Shown one piece after another: positions 46,705-56,448 of a DNA stretch of 64,000 nucleotides (position 1 is the stretch's first letter; every line of letters begins with the position of its first letter). The position numbers were made by a program, and so were the translations under genes. A model generated the notes under the pieces. That model searched no databases, was not told the DNA's origin, and saw only the letters and a list, made by a program, of their open reading frames with translations. The DNA is from an uncultured Nitrospiraceae bacterium (GTDB lineage Bacteria; Nitrospirota; Nitrospiria; Nitrospirales; Nitrospiraceae): NCBI GenBank assembly GCA_963846575.1, contig CAWJWJ010000001.1, forward strand, positions 416,001 to 480,000, written 5' to 3'.

Positions 46705-47135
46705 GATATGACCACCCGCCCGGTGATGCTCACCGTCACCTGATGAGTGCGATTGCGTTTGTCGACCAAGGTAATGGTCGTCGCGGTGGCCGAACGGCCG
46801 CTTGGGTGGAACATGATTTCAGGCTTCGTCGTCATGGACTCGACCGCTGTCCCTCTCCGCGCGAAATCATACCGGCGAAGGGAACCCATGCCGCAGTCCG
46901 CGCATTCCGTGCGCAGTTCAGCTTGTGCGACATCGATGATCACCCGGATACGTTCGTGGCGGGCCATCGCAATTTGTCTGGCCATTCGTAACTCCGAGGC
47001 GATTTCCGTCACCACCGCCCGCGGTTGCTGTCTCCCCACAAGAGATGCCCATCCCGGCAAGCTGGCCGCCGTCACAATCGCGATGATTGCAGTTACCGTA
47101 CAAAGTTCCACAAGACTTCCCCCGCGTTCGTTCAT
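46701..47135 (-). CDS. GspH/FimT-like minor pilin (second cassette)
   Basis: ERG|GSLVELC, ELRMARQIAM, IMFHPSG, VSITGRV; RBS AAAGGAG. Confidence 0.82.
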   Translation of the reverse strand: MNERGGSLVELCTVTAIIAIVTAASLPGWASLVGRQQPRAVVTEIASELRMARQIAMARHERIRVIIDVAQAELRTECADCGMGSLRRYDFARRGTAVESMTTKPEIMFHPSGRSATATTITLVDKRNRTHQVTVSITGRVVIS

Positions 47136-47167
47136 ACCGGCTCCTTTCGTCGAGCGCGTAGAGCATT

Positions 47168-47183
47168 TCCAATTTTCATGCCT
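47168..47183 (-). promoter_or_regulatory. non-canonical sigma-54-like promoter of the second pilin cassette
   Basis: Minus strand AGGCATG-AAAA-TTGGA; -24 element good, -12 reads TTGG instead of TTGC. Confidence 0.35.
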
Positions 47184-47330
47184 TACTCTCGGCTCAGCTG
47201 TCGCGTGCGATCCGGCCCCTGATGGAGACAGAAAGCCACATGATCATATGGAGATATGAACGGAGAGAGCAGCAAGGTGGCCGCGAACGACGGGCGGGCA
47301 GTTAAAATATTAACGTGAACAGTTGTGAAC

Positions 47331-47370
47331 TGTTCCAGATCGGATACAGGTCAACATCCATTCGGATACA
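47331..47370. promoter_or_regulatory. tandem candidate enhancer sites
   Basis: TGTTCCAGATCGGATACA (47331) and AACATCCATTCGGATACA (47353), 22 bp apart. Confidence 0.45.
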
Positions 47371-47424
47371 CCTCAGGGGATCATATGAGCTTGAAACTGG
47401 CTCTGAGAAACGATTTGCAGGGGG

Positions 47425-48198
47425 TCAGCCGGGAAATTCGATCAACGACCAATACCAGTCAAACAGGGGCTGGTGAAAGAAAAGTGCGAGAAGGGACCCG
47501 ACCGCGAGGAATGGTCCGAACGGGATGTACTGTTCGCGCTTCATGATCCCGGTAAGGATGAGCCCCCCACCGACCACGGAGCCTAAGAAGGATCCGATCA
47601 TAATGGCCAGCAACGCGGGCTGCCATCCCACGAAAGCTCCTACCATCGCCATGAGCTTGATGTCTCCTCCGCCCATGCCCTCCTTGCCGAAGACATAGGG
47701 GCTGATCCAGGCTAAGAACCACAGAATCCCCCCCCCCACCAAAACACCGAGCAGGGAATCCGCTATCCCGATCGGGAGAAATAGAGCGCCGCAAAGGATC
47801 CCCAGTATTATGCCCGGCAATGTCACGGTATCGGGAATCATCGTGTGCGAAAGGTCTGTCCCTGTCACGACTATCAGCGCGGAGACTAACCCGGCATAGA
47901 TCCAGGCTTCCGCGGTAAAACCGAACATCCAAAAGACGCCTAAATACCCCAGGGCATTGACCGCTTCCACCAACGGATACTGCATGGCGATTGGTGCATG
48001 ACAGTGCCGGCACCGTCCTCGCAGGAGTAGATAACTCACGATTGGAATGTTGTCGTAAACCGCAATGGCGCGGCGGCATGAGGGGCACCGCGAGCCGGGC
48101 CATGCAACCGACTCCTCCCGCGGCAGTCGATAGATACACACATTTAAAAAACTACCGATTACGGCACCGAACAAGAGGACGATGAGGTACGGAGTCAT
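47425..48198 (-). CDS. pilD: prepilin peptidase / N-methyltransferase PilD
   Basis: GSFLNVCIYRLP, two CxxC, GMGGGDIKL, PFGPFL. Confidence 0.95.
   Translation of the reverse strand: MTPYLIVLLFGAVIGSFLNVCIYRLPREESVAWPGSRCPSCRRAIAVYDNIPIVSYLLLRGRCRHCHAPIAMQYPLVEAVNALGYLGVFWMFGFTAEAWIYAGLVSALIVVTGTDLSHTMIPDTVTLPGIILGILCGALFLPIGIADSLLGVLVGGGILWFLAWISPYVFGKEGMGGGDIKLMAMVGAFVGWQPALLAIMIGSFLGSVVGGGLILTGIMKREQYIPFGPFLAVGSLLALFFHQPLFDWYWSLIEFPG
47728..47737 (-). repeat. G10 homopolymer inside pilD
   Basis: GTG GGG GGG GGG ATT on the coding strand; currently in frame. Confidence 0.85.
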
Positions 48199-48308
48199 GC
48201 CTGCTCTTCCACAGCGTCCGCAGGGCATCTAAGCCCAAGCGGGCCTGCATACGTACTATAAATTAATGCAATAGCATTCATGATCCGGCCTCTGCGAGTC
48301 CGCGTCCA

Positions 48309-48338
48309 TTTACAAATGCTAGGAGAACTGCGTATAAT
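48309..48338 (+). promoter_or_regulatory. sigma-70 promoter of the LuxR-HTH gene
   Basis: TTTACA-N18-TATAAT. Confidence 0.5.
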
Positions 48339-48416
48339 GCAGGATACCTTTTTAACGCGGCCTGACGCAGGCCTCAGTCATAGAAATGCAGTCACCCGAA
48401 GTGGAGCGAGACGCAC

Positions 48417-48701
48417 ATGTCGACAGCCGCCAAGACAAGCAAGAGTCGAGCAAAAACACCCTCACCGAATCCGGTACTTCCTCCTCGCAAGAGACGCCCA
48501 GAAGCTCTCACGACTCGGGAGCAGGAGATTCTTGAGCTGATCTGGACGGGGTTCAAGAACAAGGAAATTGCCCAGCGGTTAAAAATCAGCGTGAAGACGG
48601 TCGAGGCGCACCGGGCAAATATGATGAAGAAAATCAGGGTATCCAATACCGCTCAACTCCTCAAGGCCGCTATTCAAGGGAAAATGCTGAAACTCCGGTA
48701 A
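48417..48701 (+). CDS. stand-alone LuxR/GerE-type HTH regulator
   Basis: LTTREQEILELI..G.KNKEIAQRL.ISVKTVEAHRANMMKK; no sensory domain. Confidence 0.9.
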   Translation: MSTAAKTSKSRAKTPSPNPVLPPRKRRPEALTTREQEILELIWTGFKNKEIAQRLKISVKTVEAHRANMMKKIRVSNTAQLLKAAIQGKMLKLR

Positions 48702-48722
48702 CTCTCCTCGCCTGGAGCGTGC

Positions 48723-49499
48723 TCATTTTTTTCCTGACATGCCTGCACTTCGCTGACGCAACGCCTCATACAACACGATCGCCGCGGACGCCGAGACATT
48801 CAGCGAGCCGACGTGGCCCAGCATAGGAATGTGCGCGGCATCGTCACAGGCTTCACGTACGCCGGGACGAACCCCTTTCCCCTCGCCTCCGAACACCAGC
48901 GCCACGGGGCCCCGAAAATCCAATGCCGTATAGACCTTGGGAGCCTCGGCATCAAGGGCATAGACCCAGATCCCGCCGCTTTGAAGCCGCTCGATCCAGC
49001 GGGACAGATTCGATACTCGAGCGACGGGCATGTAATCCACGGCCCCCGCAGAAGCCTTAGCCACGACACTGGTCAATCCCACGGCACGGCGCTCAGGGAT
49101 GAACACACCGTGGACGCCAGAGGCTTCGGCTGTTCGGAGTATGGCACCAAGATTATGGGGATCCTCGACCCCGTCGAGCAGGACCAGAAGCGGAATCTGC
49201 CCCTCTGCCTGAGCCGACAAAAGCATCTGATCCGGCTCGGCATAGGCCTTCGCGGCAATCACCCCAATCACTCCCTGGTGGTGGCCAGCCGGAACAAAGC
49301 GATCGAAAGCCGCCCGTGGCTCGATATGCACTGGCACATGCTGAGCTTTTGCCAGCCGGACGATGTCCCCGAACTGCCGGTCGGTTGCGAGCACGAGCAG
49401 GCGCTGAAGTGGACGGACTCCCGCGCGTAACGCCTCCCGCACGGCATGGAGACCGTAGATTACCTCCGGGGAGTTATCGTTTCCATCTTGTGGTGCCAT
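48723..49499 (-). CDS. rlmB: 23S rRNA G2251 2'-O-methyltransferase RlmB
   Basis: DPHNLGAILRTA, GGEGKG, IPM.G.VGSLNVS. Confidence 0.95.
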   Translation of the reverse strand: MAPQDGNDNSPEVIYGLHAVREALRAGVRPLQRLLVLATDRQFGDIVRLAKAQHVPVHIEPRAAFDRFVPAGHHQGVIGVIAAKAYAEPDQMLLSAQAEGQIPLLVLLDGVEDPHNLGAILRTAEASGVHGVFIPERRAVGLTSVVAKASAGAVDYMPVARVSNLSRWIERLQSGGIWVYALDAEAPKVYTALDFRGPVALVFGGEGKGVRPGVREACDDAAHIPMLGHVGSLNVSASAAIVLYEALRQRSAGMSGKK

Positions 49500-50934
49500 C
49501 CGGCCGGTCCTCTATCGTAATACCGTGGGACACCAACTCAGCCCTGAGCTGGTCCGCCAGGCTGTAATTCTTCGCCCGTTTCGCCTCAATACGTGCGGCA
49601 ATCTTCCGGTCGATGGCTTCATCGGATAAGCTCGCGACCCCCTCAGCCTTCGCAGCCGGACCGGTCGAATTCGGTTGAGGCTTGAACTGCCAGTTGTCGG
49701 GCTGCAAGAGACCTAGCACTGTGCCCAGCGCACGAAACTCCTGACGCACCACCCGCCGTGTCTCGCCCGATAATCCAGCCTCAATGGCCTTATTGCCCTC
49801 ACTACGTAGCTTCTGCAAAGCTGCCACAGCGAGGGGGGTATTCAAATCATCGTCCATGGCCTCCGCAAAGGCCTCTCGTGCCCGAGTAATCGCCTCTCGC
49901 ATGTGTGCATCCGCCGGACCATGATTCAAAGCGGGCTCCCTGAGCCGATCAAAGAGATCGTAGAAGCCATTGAGGGCGCCCTTTGCTTCACGCAAACTTT
50001 GGTCCGAAAAGTCCAATGGGCTTCGATAGTGCGTGGAGAGAAGAAAATAGCGGAGCATCTCGCCGGTGACGGCGTCCGGCCAATCGGAGGCGGCAAAAAT
50101 CTCTCGAATCGTAAAGAAATTCCCTAACGACTTGGACATTTTCTCCCGGTTGATCTCGACGAATCCGTTATGAACCCAATACTGCGCGAATTCCTTCCCC
50201 GTCGCACCGCACGACTGCGCGATCTCATTCTCATGATGCGGAAAAATCAGATCCATGCCGCCGCCATGAATATCGAAGGTGTCACCCAAATGTCGCATGG
50301 CCATGGCCGAACATTCGATATGCCATCCAGGGCGGCCCAGCCCCCAAGGACTCTCCCATGAAGGCTCACCGGGCTTACTGTTCTTCCATAAGGCAAAATC
50401 CATGGGATGGCGCTTCCGCTGATCCACATCCACCCGTGCGCCGGCCTGCAGATCGTCAAGCTTGCGTTTGGAAAGCCTGCCATACCCCGAATACCGGTCG
50501 ACCTGGAAATACACGTCGCCATCGACGCAGTAGGCCATCCCCTTCGTGAGTAGCCTCCCGACCAGTGCCACGATGTCGGAGATGTGCTCCGTGGCCCTCG
50601 GTTCCAGATTCGCCCGACGTACGCCGAGTTTCTCCATATCCTCATGATAGGCCTGGATGTACTTGCCGGTAATATCCTCGCAACTGACTCCCTGCTCAAA
50701 CGCCCGCTTGATAATCTTATCGTCGACATCCGTAAAGTTCTTGGCAAACTCGACGGCGAACCCCGAGTATTCCAAGTAGCGCCGCAGCACATCAAACACG
50801 AGCGCACTCCGTGCATGTCCGATATGACAATAGTCATACACGGTCACCCCGCAGACATACATGCGGGCCATTCCGGGCACCAAGGGTTCGAACCGGTCTT
50901 TGCGGCCGGTCAATGTATTGTGCAGACGCAGCAT
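49474..50934 (-). CDS. cysS: cysteine--tRNA ligase
   Basis: CGVTVYD..HIGH, GWHIECS, FPHHENE, KMSKS. Confidence 0.98.
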   Translation of the reverse strand: MLRLHNTLTGRKDRFEPLVPGMARMYVCGVTVYDYCHIGHARSALVFDVLRRYLEYSGFAVEFAKNFTDVDDKIIKRAFEQGVSCEDITGKYIQAYHEDMEKLGVRRANLEPRATEHISDIVALVGRLLTKGMAYCVDGDVYFQVDRYSGYGRLSKRKLDDLQAGARVDVDQRKRHPMDFALWKNSKPGEPSWESPWGLGRPGWHIECSAMAMRHLGDTFDIHGGGMDLIFPHHENEIAQSCGATGKEFAQYWVHNGFVEINREKMSKSLGNFFTIREIFAASDWPDAVTGEMLRYFLLSTHYRSPLDFSDQSLREAKGALNGFYDLFDRLREPALNHGPADAHMREAITRAREAFAEAMDDDLNTPLAVAALQKLRSEGNKAIEAGLSGETRRVVRQEFRALGTVLGLLQPDNWQFKPQPNSTGPAAKAEGVASLSDEAIDRKIAARIEAKRAKNYSLADQLRAELVSHGITIEDRPDGTTRWKR

Positions 50935-50942
50935 AGGCGTCG

Positions 50943-51578
50943 TTACTCCATACTCGGCCGACGTCTCGGCCAATGCGACCAGAGAAAATATCCGAGTCCT
51001 ACGGCGAGGAACAACCCGATCACTAAGTCCGCGTGGTGGAAGTACTCCCGCAACTGATTCCAGTGTTCCCCCATCTTAAGCCCCACATAAGCCAGCGCAT
51101 AGCACCAGGGCACTGCCCCGACAAACGAAAACAGCACGAATCGCTTCACGTCCATCCGGGCGATCCCAGCCGGGAGGGAAATAAAGGTGCGCACGACGGG
51201 CAGGAGACGACTGATCAGCACCGCCGCCTCACCGTGTTTCGTAAACCATCGATCAGCCAGATCCAAGTCATGCTGCGAGACCAGGATATATCGGCCGTAC
51301 CGTTCGACGAATGGTCGTCCACCCCACACTCCCACGTAATAAGCCACCAGCGACCCGAGCACATTGCCGATCGCGCCGGCAAGGGTCACGCCCAGCATCG
51401 AGAATTGCCCGGTCGAAACAAGATACCCTGAGAACGGCATGATGATTTCACTCGGCAATGGAATGCAGGCACTTTCGATCGCCATGGTAACCACGATGCC
51501 GGTATAGCCGAAGGTTGAAATCGTCGCGATGACGAACCGGCCGAGTTGCTCGATCAACCACTCTATCAGTGCCGCCAT
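50943..51578 (-). CDS. DedA family membrane protein
   Basis: ESACIPLPSEIIMPFSG, RLLPVVRTFISLPAG. Confidence 0.92.
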   Translation of the reverse strand: MAALIEWLIEQLGRFVIATISTFGYTGIVVTMAIESACIPLPSEIIMPFSGYLVSTGQFSMLGVTLAGAIGNVLGSLVAYYVGVWGGRPFVERYGRYILVSQHDLDLADRWFTKHGEAAVLISRLLPVVRTFISLPAGIARMDVKRFVLFSFVGAVPWCYALAYVGLKMGEHWNQLREYFHHADLVIGLFLAVGLGYFLWSHWPRRRPSME

Positions 51579-51580
51579 TT

Positions 51581-52390
51581 CTATGATCTCCCTCGAGGAC
51601 TTCGATTGACCGTGGCCCTCCGTCCAGGCGGTTTTGAGAGCGGCCGCTCCCATGTTTTAAAATGTTCGAGCACATCATGATGGGTCGTATCGAGATGGAT
51701 CGGGGTGACGGACACCATGTGGTGCTCAAGCGCCTCGTGATCGGCATCCTTAAGGCGGCTCCAGGACTGGCGGGTACCGGCAATCCAATAATACTTCCGT
51801 CCTCTCGGATCGACTTTTTCAACGATAGGATTCTCGAAGCGCCGCCGACTCAGACAAGTCACCTTGACTCCCTTGATGGATCGCAACGGCACATTCGGGA
51901 TATTCACATTCAAGATCGTTTCGGCCGGCAATCCGTGCAGCAGAACCTCCCCTGCCACACGAGCCGCATATCGCGCCCCGACATCGAATCGAAATTTGTT
52001 TTCACCCTCCTGAGAAACGGCCATGGAGGGAATCCCTAGGATCGTCCCTTCCAAGGCTGCCGACACGGTACCGGAATACATAACGTCATCGCCAAGGTTG
52101 ACGCCGCGATTGATTCCGGACACGATCAGCGACGGTCTACCCGGCAATACCTTTGCCAAGGCTAGATTCACGCAGTCAACCGGAGTTCCATTGACCATAA
52201 ACACCCGGTGGCCCATTTTGGTAATACGGAGCGGCTTATGCAACGTCACCGCATGTCCAACCGCGGTCCGCTCTCGATCCGGTGCCACGACCCACACCTC
52301 TCCAAGCGCGCGCAGCGCGGCCGCGACGGCGTGAATTCCAGGAGATGCAATTCCATCATCATTGGTCACAAGGATTCGTGCGCGTGCCAC
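51581..52390 (-). CDS. surE: 5'/3'-nucleotidase SurE
   Basis: ILVTNDDG, GTPVDCV, SGINRG.NLG, YSGTV; GTG start with AGGAG RBS. Confidence 0.96.
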   Translation of the reverse strand: MARARILVTNDDGIASPGIHAVAAALRALGEVWVVAPDRERTAVGHAVTLHKPLRITKMGHRVFMVNGTPVDCVNLALAKVLPGRPSLIVSGINRGVNLGDDVMYSGTVSAALEGTILGIPSMAVSQEGENKFRFDVGARYAARVAGEVLLHGLPAETILNVNIPNVPLRSIKGVKVTCLSRRRFENPIVEKVDPRGRKYYWIAGTRQSWSRLKDADHEALEHHMVSVTPIHLDTTHHDVLEHFKTWERPLSKPPGRRATVNRSPRGRS

Positions 52391-52543
52391 AGCCTCTCCT
52401 AACTCTTTCACAACGGGATACAAGAACGATTTCAGCCGGCGGGTTAGATTATTGGGTAGGCAGGACGACACACCAACAAGCATAGGCGGTCATGGCCGAC
52501 ACACGTCCTACGGAACATGACCCATTCCAAAGCATCGTGCCGA

Positions 52544-52620
52544 TGGTCGGGGCGGCGGGATTTGAACCCACGACCCCTCGCACCCCAAGCGAGTGCGCTA
52601 CCGGGCTGCGCTACGCCCCG
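52544..52620 (-). tRNA. tRNA-Pro(GGG)
   Basis: 77-nt cloverleaf CGGGGCG...CTCGC-TTGGGGT-GCGAG...GTTCAAAT...CGCCCCG-ACCA. Confidence 0.97.
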
Positions 52621-52677
52621 ACTTCTACGGCATCGATACCGGCGCGGTGACAGGCTCCACCGCATCATTGGAACGGT

Positions 52678-53031
52678 TCAGGCCGAATGGGAGTCAATCA
52701 TCCTGATGATCGCCTGGAGATCGCCTCTGACACGCTGCGCCAATTCCTTCCGCGACCCACGCTGCTTCACAGTCGCTCGTCCCCGACGAGCCCAGTAGCG
52801 TTTGACGCCGGCCAGAGTATGCCCTTCTTCGTAGAGCATGCGCTTAATTTCCAGTACGGTGTCCACATCTCGCTGGACATACAGCCGCTGATTGCCCCGG
52901 CTTTTCTTGGGTTTCAGGAAGCTAAACTCAGACTCCCAAAACCGCAAGACATACGCCGGCAACTTTGCAAGCTTGCTGACTTCACCGATCTTATAAAAAA
53001 CCTTACTCCCCAGTCTGGGTTCAATGCCCAT
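52678..53031 (-). CDS. MerR-family transcriptional regulator
   Basis: [34 protein letters not shown]; usual ihfA-merR-tRNA-Pro order. Confidence 0.92.
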   Translation of the reverse strand: MGIEPRLGSKVFYKIGEVSKLAKLPAYVLRFWESEFSFLKPKKSRGNQRLYVQRDVDTVLEIKRMLYEEGHTLAGVKRYWARRGRATVKQRGSRKELAQRVRGDLQAIIRMIDSHSA

Positions 53032-53072
53032 GACCGGTCCTCATGCTGTGTGTGCTCGTGGCAAAGTGGCGA

Positions 53073-53348
53073 TTAAGAGTTGACGTATTTTTTAAAGACC
53101 TGACTGGGCCGAAACGTGACTACTCGACGCGGGGTGATTCCGATTTCTTCGCCGGTTCGCGGATTGCGTCCTTTGCGAGCCCCCTTGCTTCGTACGACAA
53201 AGTTTCCGAATCCTGCAATTTTGACTGCATCACCTTTTTGCAGAACCCCCTTCAGCAGATTGAGCACGAGCTCGACGATATCAGCTGCGTCATTCTTGGA
53301 TACTCCAACTTGCTTGAAAATCTCGTTCGCGATATCCGCCTTTCTCAT
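53073..53348 (-). CDS. ihfA: integration host factor subunit alpha
   Basis: VKIAGFGNF, RKGRNPRTGEEI.ITPRRVVTFRPS. Confidence 0.9.
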   Translation of the reverse strand: MRKADIANEIFKQVGVSKNDAADIVELVLNLLKGVLQKGDAVKIAGFGNFVVRSKGARKGRNPRTGEEIGITPRRVVTFRPSQVFKKYVNS

Positions 53349-53431
53349 GCCTTTCCCCCCGCCATCCACTAGAGTCGTTCCTTAGGAAGTGCTTCTTGGT
53401 GTCGAGCGTCCAAGACAAAGAATTTTCCCAT

Positions 53432-53460
53432 AAGTTACGTGAGGTTACCTGCCCTGTCAA
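53432..53460 (-). promoter_or_regulatory. sigma-70 promoter of ihfA
   Basis: TTGACA-N17-TAACTT on the minus strand. Confidence 0.6.
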
Positions 53461-53491
53461 GGATTATGTGTGCGGAAGAAGCCGAGAGGCA

Positions 53492-55141
53492 CTAGCGATC
53501 TGCCAGCAGCAATTTATACTCAATGCTGTCCGCCAAGGCTTGCCAGCTGGCTTCCATGATGTTTTCCGACACACCGACCGTTCCCCACTTGTCCTTGTGA
53601 TCTCCTGACTCGATCAACACGCGCACCTTGGATTCGGTCCCTTTGTCGGCAGACAGCACGCGAACTTTATAGTCGAGCAGTTTGACCTCGCTCAGTTGCG
53701 GATAAAACTTTTCCAGTGCCTTACGAAGCGCATGGTCGAGGGCATTCACCGGACCTGCACCCACCGCCGCCGTATGCTCGACGGCGTCACCGACCTGTAC
53801 CATCACGGTGGCTTCAGACAACAACATTCCATGCTCTTGTTTTTTTTCGACGATGACCCGGAACCCCAATAATTGGAATGAGGATCGATGACTCCCCATC
53901 GCCTTACGCATCAATAGTTCAAACGATCCCTCGGCACCTTCGAACTGATACCCCTGGCTTTCACGTTCCTTCAGCGTTTCAACCAACTCCTGGAGCTTCG
54001 CGTGATTCTTCGTCAGCGAAATGCCGTACGCCTCCACTTTTTCCAGAAGCCCGCTACGACCTGCATAATCTGAGACCAGGATCCGCCGACGATTTCCGAC
54101 TTCGGCCGGCACAATATGCTCATAGGTCGCCGCGTTCTTGAGGACCGCATGGATGTGCACACCGCCTTTGTGCGCAAAAGCCGCATCCCCGACATAGGGC
54201 TGGCGCTTATTGGGCATCAAGTTGGCAATCTCCGTGACAAATCCAGACACGGCCTTCAGACGCGTCAACTTGTCGCCGAGGGCCGGCCGGCGCATCTTTA
54301 GCTGTAAGTTCGGAATGATGGAGCAGAGGTTAGCATTCCCGCATCGTTCGCCGATCCCGTTGATCGTGCCCTGCACCTGTAGAATCCCGGACTCGACCGC
54401 CACGAGCGAATTAGCCACCGCCATTTCACTGTCGTTGTGCGCATGAATTCCGAGTGGCACGGGGCACTCCTGCTTCACCACGCGGCAGATTTCGCGAATT
54501 TCCCACGGCATGGTCCCGCCGTTCGTATCACAGAGAATCACCCGTTCGGCCCCGCCTGCAATGGCTTTGCGAATGGTCTGCAACGCATATTCTGGATTCG
54601 CCTTATAGCCGTCGAAAAAGTGTTCGGCGTCGTAGAACACCCGGCGGTCTTTTGAGCGAAGATAGTGTATGGAGTCCTCGATCAGCTCTAGATTCTTCGC
54701 GAGGGAAATGCTGAGCGCGTCCGTAACCTGGAATGACCAACTCTTGCCGAACAGGGTGATCGTACGCGTACCGGACTCCAACAACGCTTGAAGATTTTTG
54801 TCTTTTCTGACCGGATTGCTGGCCTTCCGCGTGGAGCCGAACGCCACAATAGTCGCGTGCTGAAACGGTATGGTCTGGACCATCCTGAAGAACTCGATGT
54901 CTTTGGGGTTCGCGCCGGGCCAGCCACCCTCGATGAACTGCACCCCGAGCTCATCGAGCTGCTGCGCGACACGGACTTTGTCCTCCACGGAAAAACTGAC
55001 ATCCTCCGCTTGAGCGCCGTCACGTAGGGTCGTATCGTAGATTTCGAGTGCAGAAGCCTGTGCTGCCGTGAGAGGCGGCACAGTAACGGATTGCGGGACG
55101 TGCGATCTGCGAGAGGCTGATTTTCGAGGCTTCATAGACAT
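53492..55141 (-). CDS. cimA: citramalate synthase
   Basis: YDTTLRDGAQ, IEGGWPGANPKD, YDAEHFFDG, HAHND, AFAHKGG.H. Confidence 0.9.
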   Translation of the reverse strand: MSMKPRKSASRRSHVPQSVTVPPLTAAQASALEIYDTTLRDGAQAEDVSFSVEDKVRVAQQLDELGVQFIEGGWPGANPKDIEFFRMVQTIPFQHATIVAFGSTRKASNPVRKDKNLQALLESGTRTITLFGKSWSFQVTDALSISLAKNLELIEDSIHYLRSKDRRVFYDAEHFFDGYKANPEYALQTIRKAIAGGAERVILCDTNGGTMPWEIREICRVVKQECPVPLGIHAHNDSEMAVANSLVAVESGILQVQGTINGIGERCGNANLCSIIPNLQLKMRRPALGDKLTRLKAVSGFVTEIANLMPNKRQPYVGDAAFAHKGGVHIHAVLKNAATYEHIVPAEVGNRRRILVSDYAGRSGLLEKVEAYGISLTKNHAKLQELVETLKERESQGYQFEGAEGSFELLMRKAMGSHRSSFQLLGFRVIVEKKQEHGMLLSEATVMVQVGDAVEHTAAVGAGPVNALDHALRKALEKFYPQLSEVKLLDYKVRVLSADKGTESKVRVLIESGDHKDKWGTVGVSENIMEASWQALADSIEYKLLLADR

Positions 55142-55207
55142 GAGAGTAGCAGGGACAATACGGGGCTGTCGAGGTTCCAGTGGATCAGCATTCGGCCGCC
55201 ACCACTT

Positions 55208-56443
55208 CTAGCCCAGCGCCGGGGCTGCAACAAGGTCCAGGCCGAACGCCGTGTGGAGCGCCCGCATGGCCAGCTCTACATACTTCTCTTCGATCACGCA
55301 GGAGATTTTAATCTCTGACGTGCTGATCATCATGATATTGACGCCTTCGCGTGAAAGCACCTCGAACATTTTCGCCGCAATTCCTGAATGCGACCGCATA
55401 CCCACTCCGATAAGGGACACTTTGGCGATCGATTCCGTCACCGCCACGGATCGGGCGCCGATTTCCTGGGACAAGCGCTGAACGAGATCGACGGCGCTAC
55501 GCAAGTCCGGCTTCGGTACGGTGAACGAAATATCTGTCATCGAAGCCTGACTGACATTTTGAATGATCATGTCGACCACGATATTCGCATTCGCCACGGC
55601 GCCGAACACACGTGCGGCGATGCCCGGGCGGTCCGGAACTCCGACGATGGTGATCTTGGCCTGATTGCGGTCTCCGGTCACTCCCGACACCATGACCCCT
55701 TCCATATCAGCATCTTCACGTGTCACGAGCGTTCCCTTTCCTTCCTTGAAACTGGAATTGACCTCAACCGGAACGGCATATTTGGCCGCAAATTCGACCG
55801 AGCGACTCTGCAGCACCTTGGCGCCCAGACTCGCCATCTCCAGCATTTCTTCGTAAGAGATCTTGTCCAAACGACGAGCGGCCGGAACGATGTTCGGGTC
55901 GGCCGTATACACGCCGTCCACGTCCGTATAAATAACGCACCGATCGGCTTTAAGCGCCGCCGCCAGCGCAACCGCCGTGAGATCGGATCCGCCTCGCCCC
56001 AGAGTGGTGACATCCGAACGTGCATTGATTCCTTGGAACCCGGCCACGACCGGAACAATACCCTCCGCCAGCGCATCCTTGATGCGATCGGCCGTGACGC
56101 GTGAAATCCTGGCTTTGGTATGGGCGCTGTCTGTGTGAATCCCGACCTGGCGACCTGTGAAAGAGCGAGCGTCCACGCCGCGCCCCCGGAGATCCATGGC
56201 CAGTAGCGCGATGGTGACCCGCTCTCCGGTCGAGAGCAGCATATCCAATTCTCGCTCATCGGGAATGCCCGTCACCTCATGGGCCAGCTTCAGCAACCGA
56301 TCGGTCTCGCCGCTCATGGCCGACAGCACGACCACCACGTGATGCCCATCTTTGCGCGCACGCTCAACCCGCTCGGCGACCCGGTGGATCCGCTCGACAT
56401 TGCCGACCGAAGTGCCCCCGTATTTTTGAACGATCAGTGCCAC
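55208..56443 (-). CDS. lysC: aspartate kinase
   Basis: [18 protein letters not shown], two ACT domains, STSEIKIS. Confidence 0.96.
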   Translation of the reverse strand: MALIVQKYGGTSVGNVERIHRVAERVERARKDGHHVVVVLSAMSGETDRLLKLAHEVTGIPDERELDMLLSTGERVTIALLAMDLRGRGVDARSFTGRQVGIHTDSAHTKARISRVTADRIKDALAEGIVPVVAGFQGINARSDVTTLGRGGSDLTAVALAAALKADRCVIYTDVDGVYTADPNIVPAARRLDKISYEEMLEMASLGAKVLQSRSVEFAAKYAVPVEVNSSFKEGKGTLVTREDADMEGVMVSGVTGDRNQAKITIVGVPDRPGIAARVFGAVANANIVVDMIIQNVSQASMTDISFTVPKPDLRSAVDLVQRLSQEIGARSVAVTESIAKVSLIGVGMRSHSGIAAKMFEVLSREGVNIMMISTSEIKISCVIEEKYVELAMRALHTAFGLDLVAAPALG

Positions 56444-56448
56444 GTATC

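Noticed and set aside
52544..52620. tRNA-Pro as an integration site
   Set aside because: No integrase and no duplicated tRNA 3' end found; flanks are core genes
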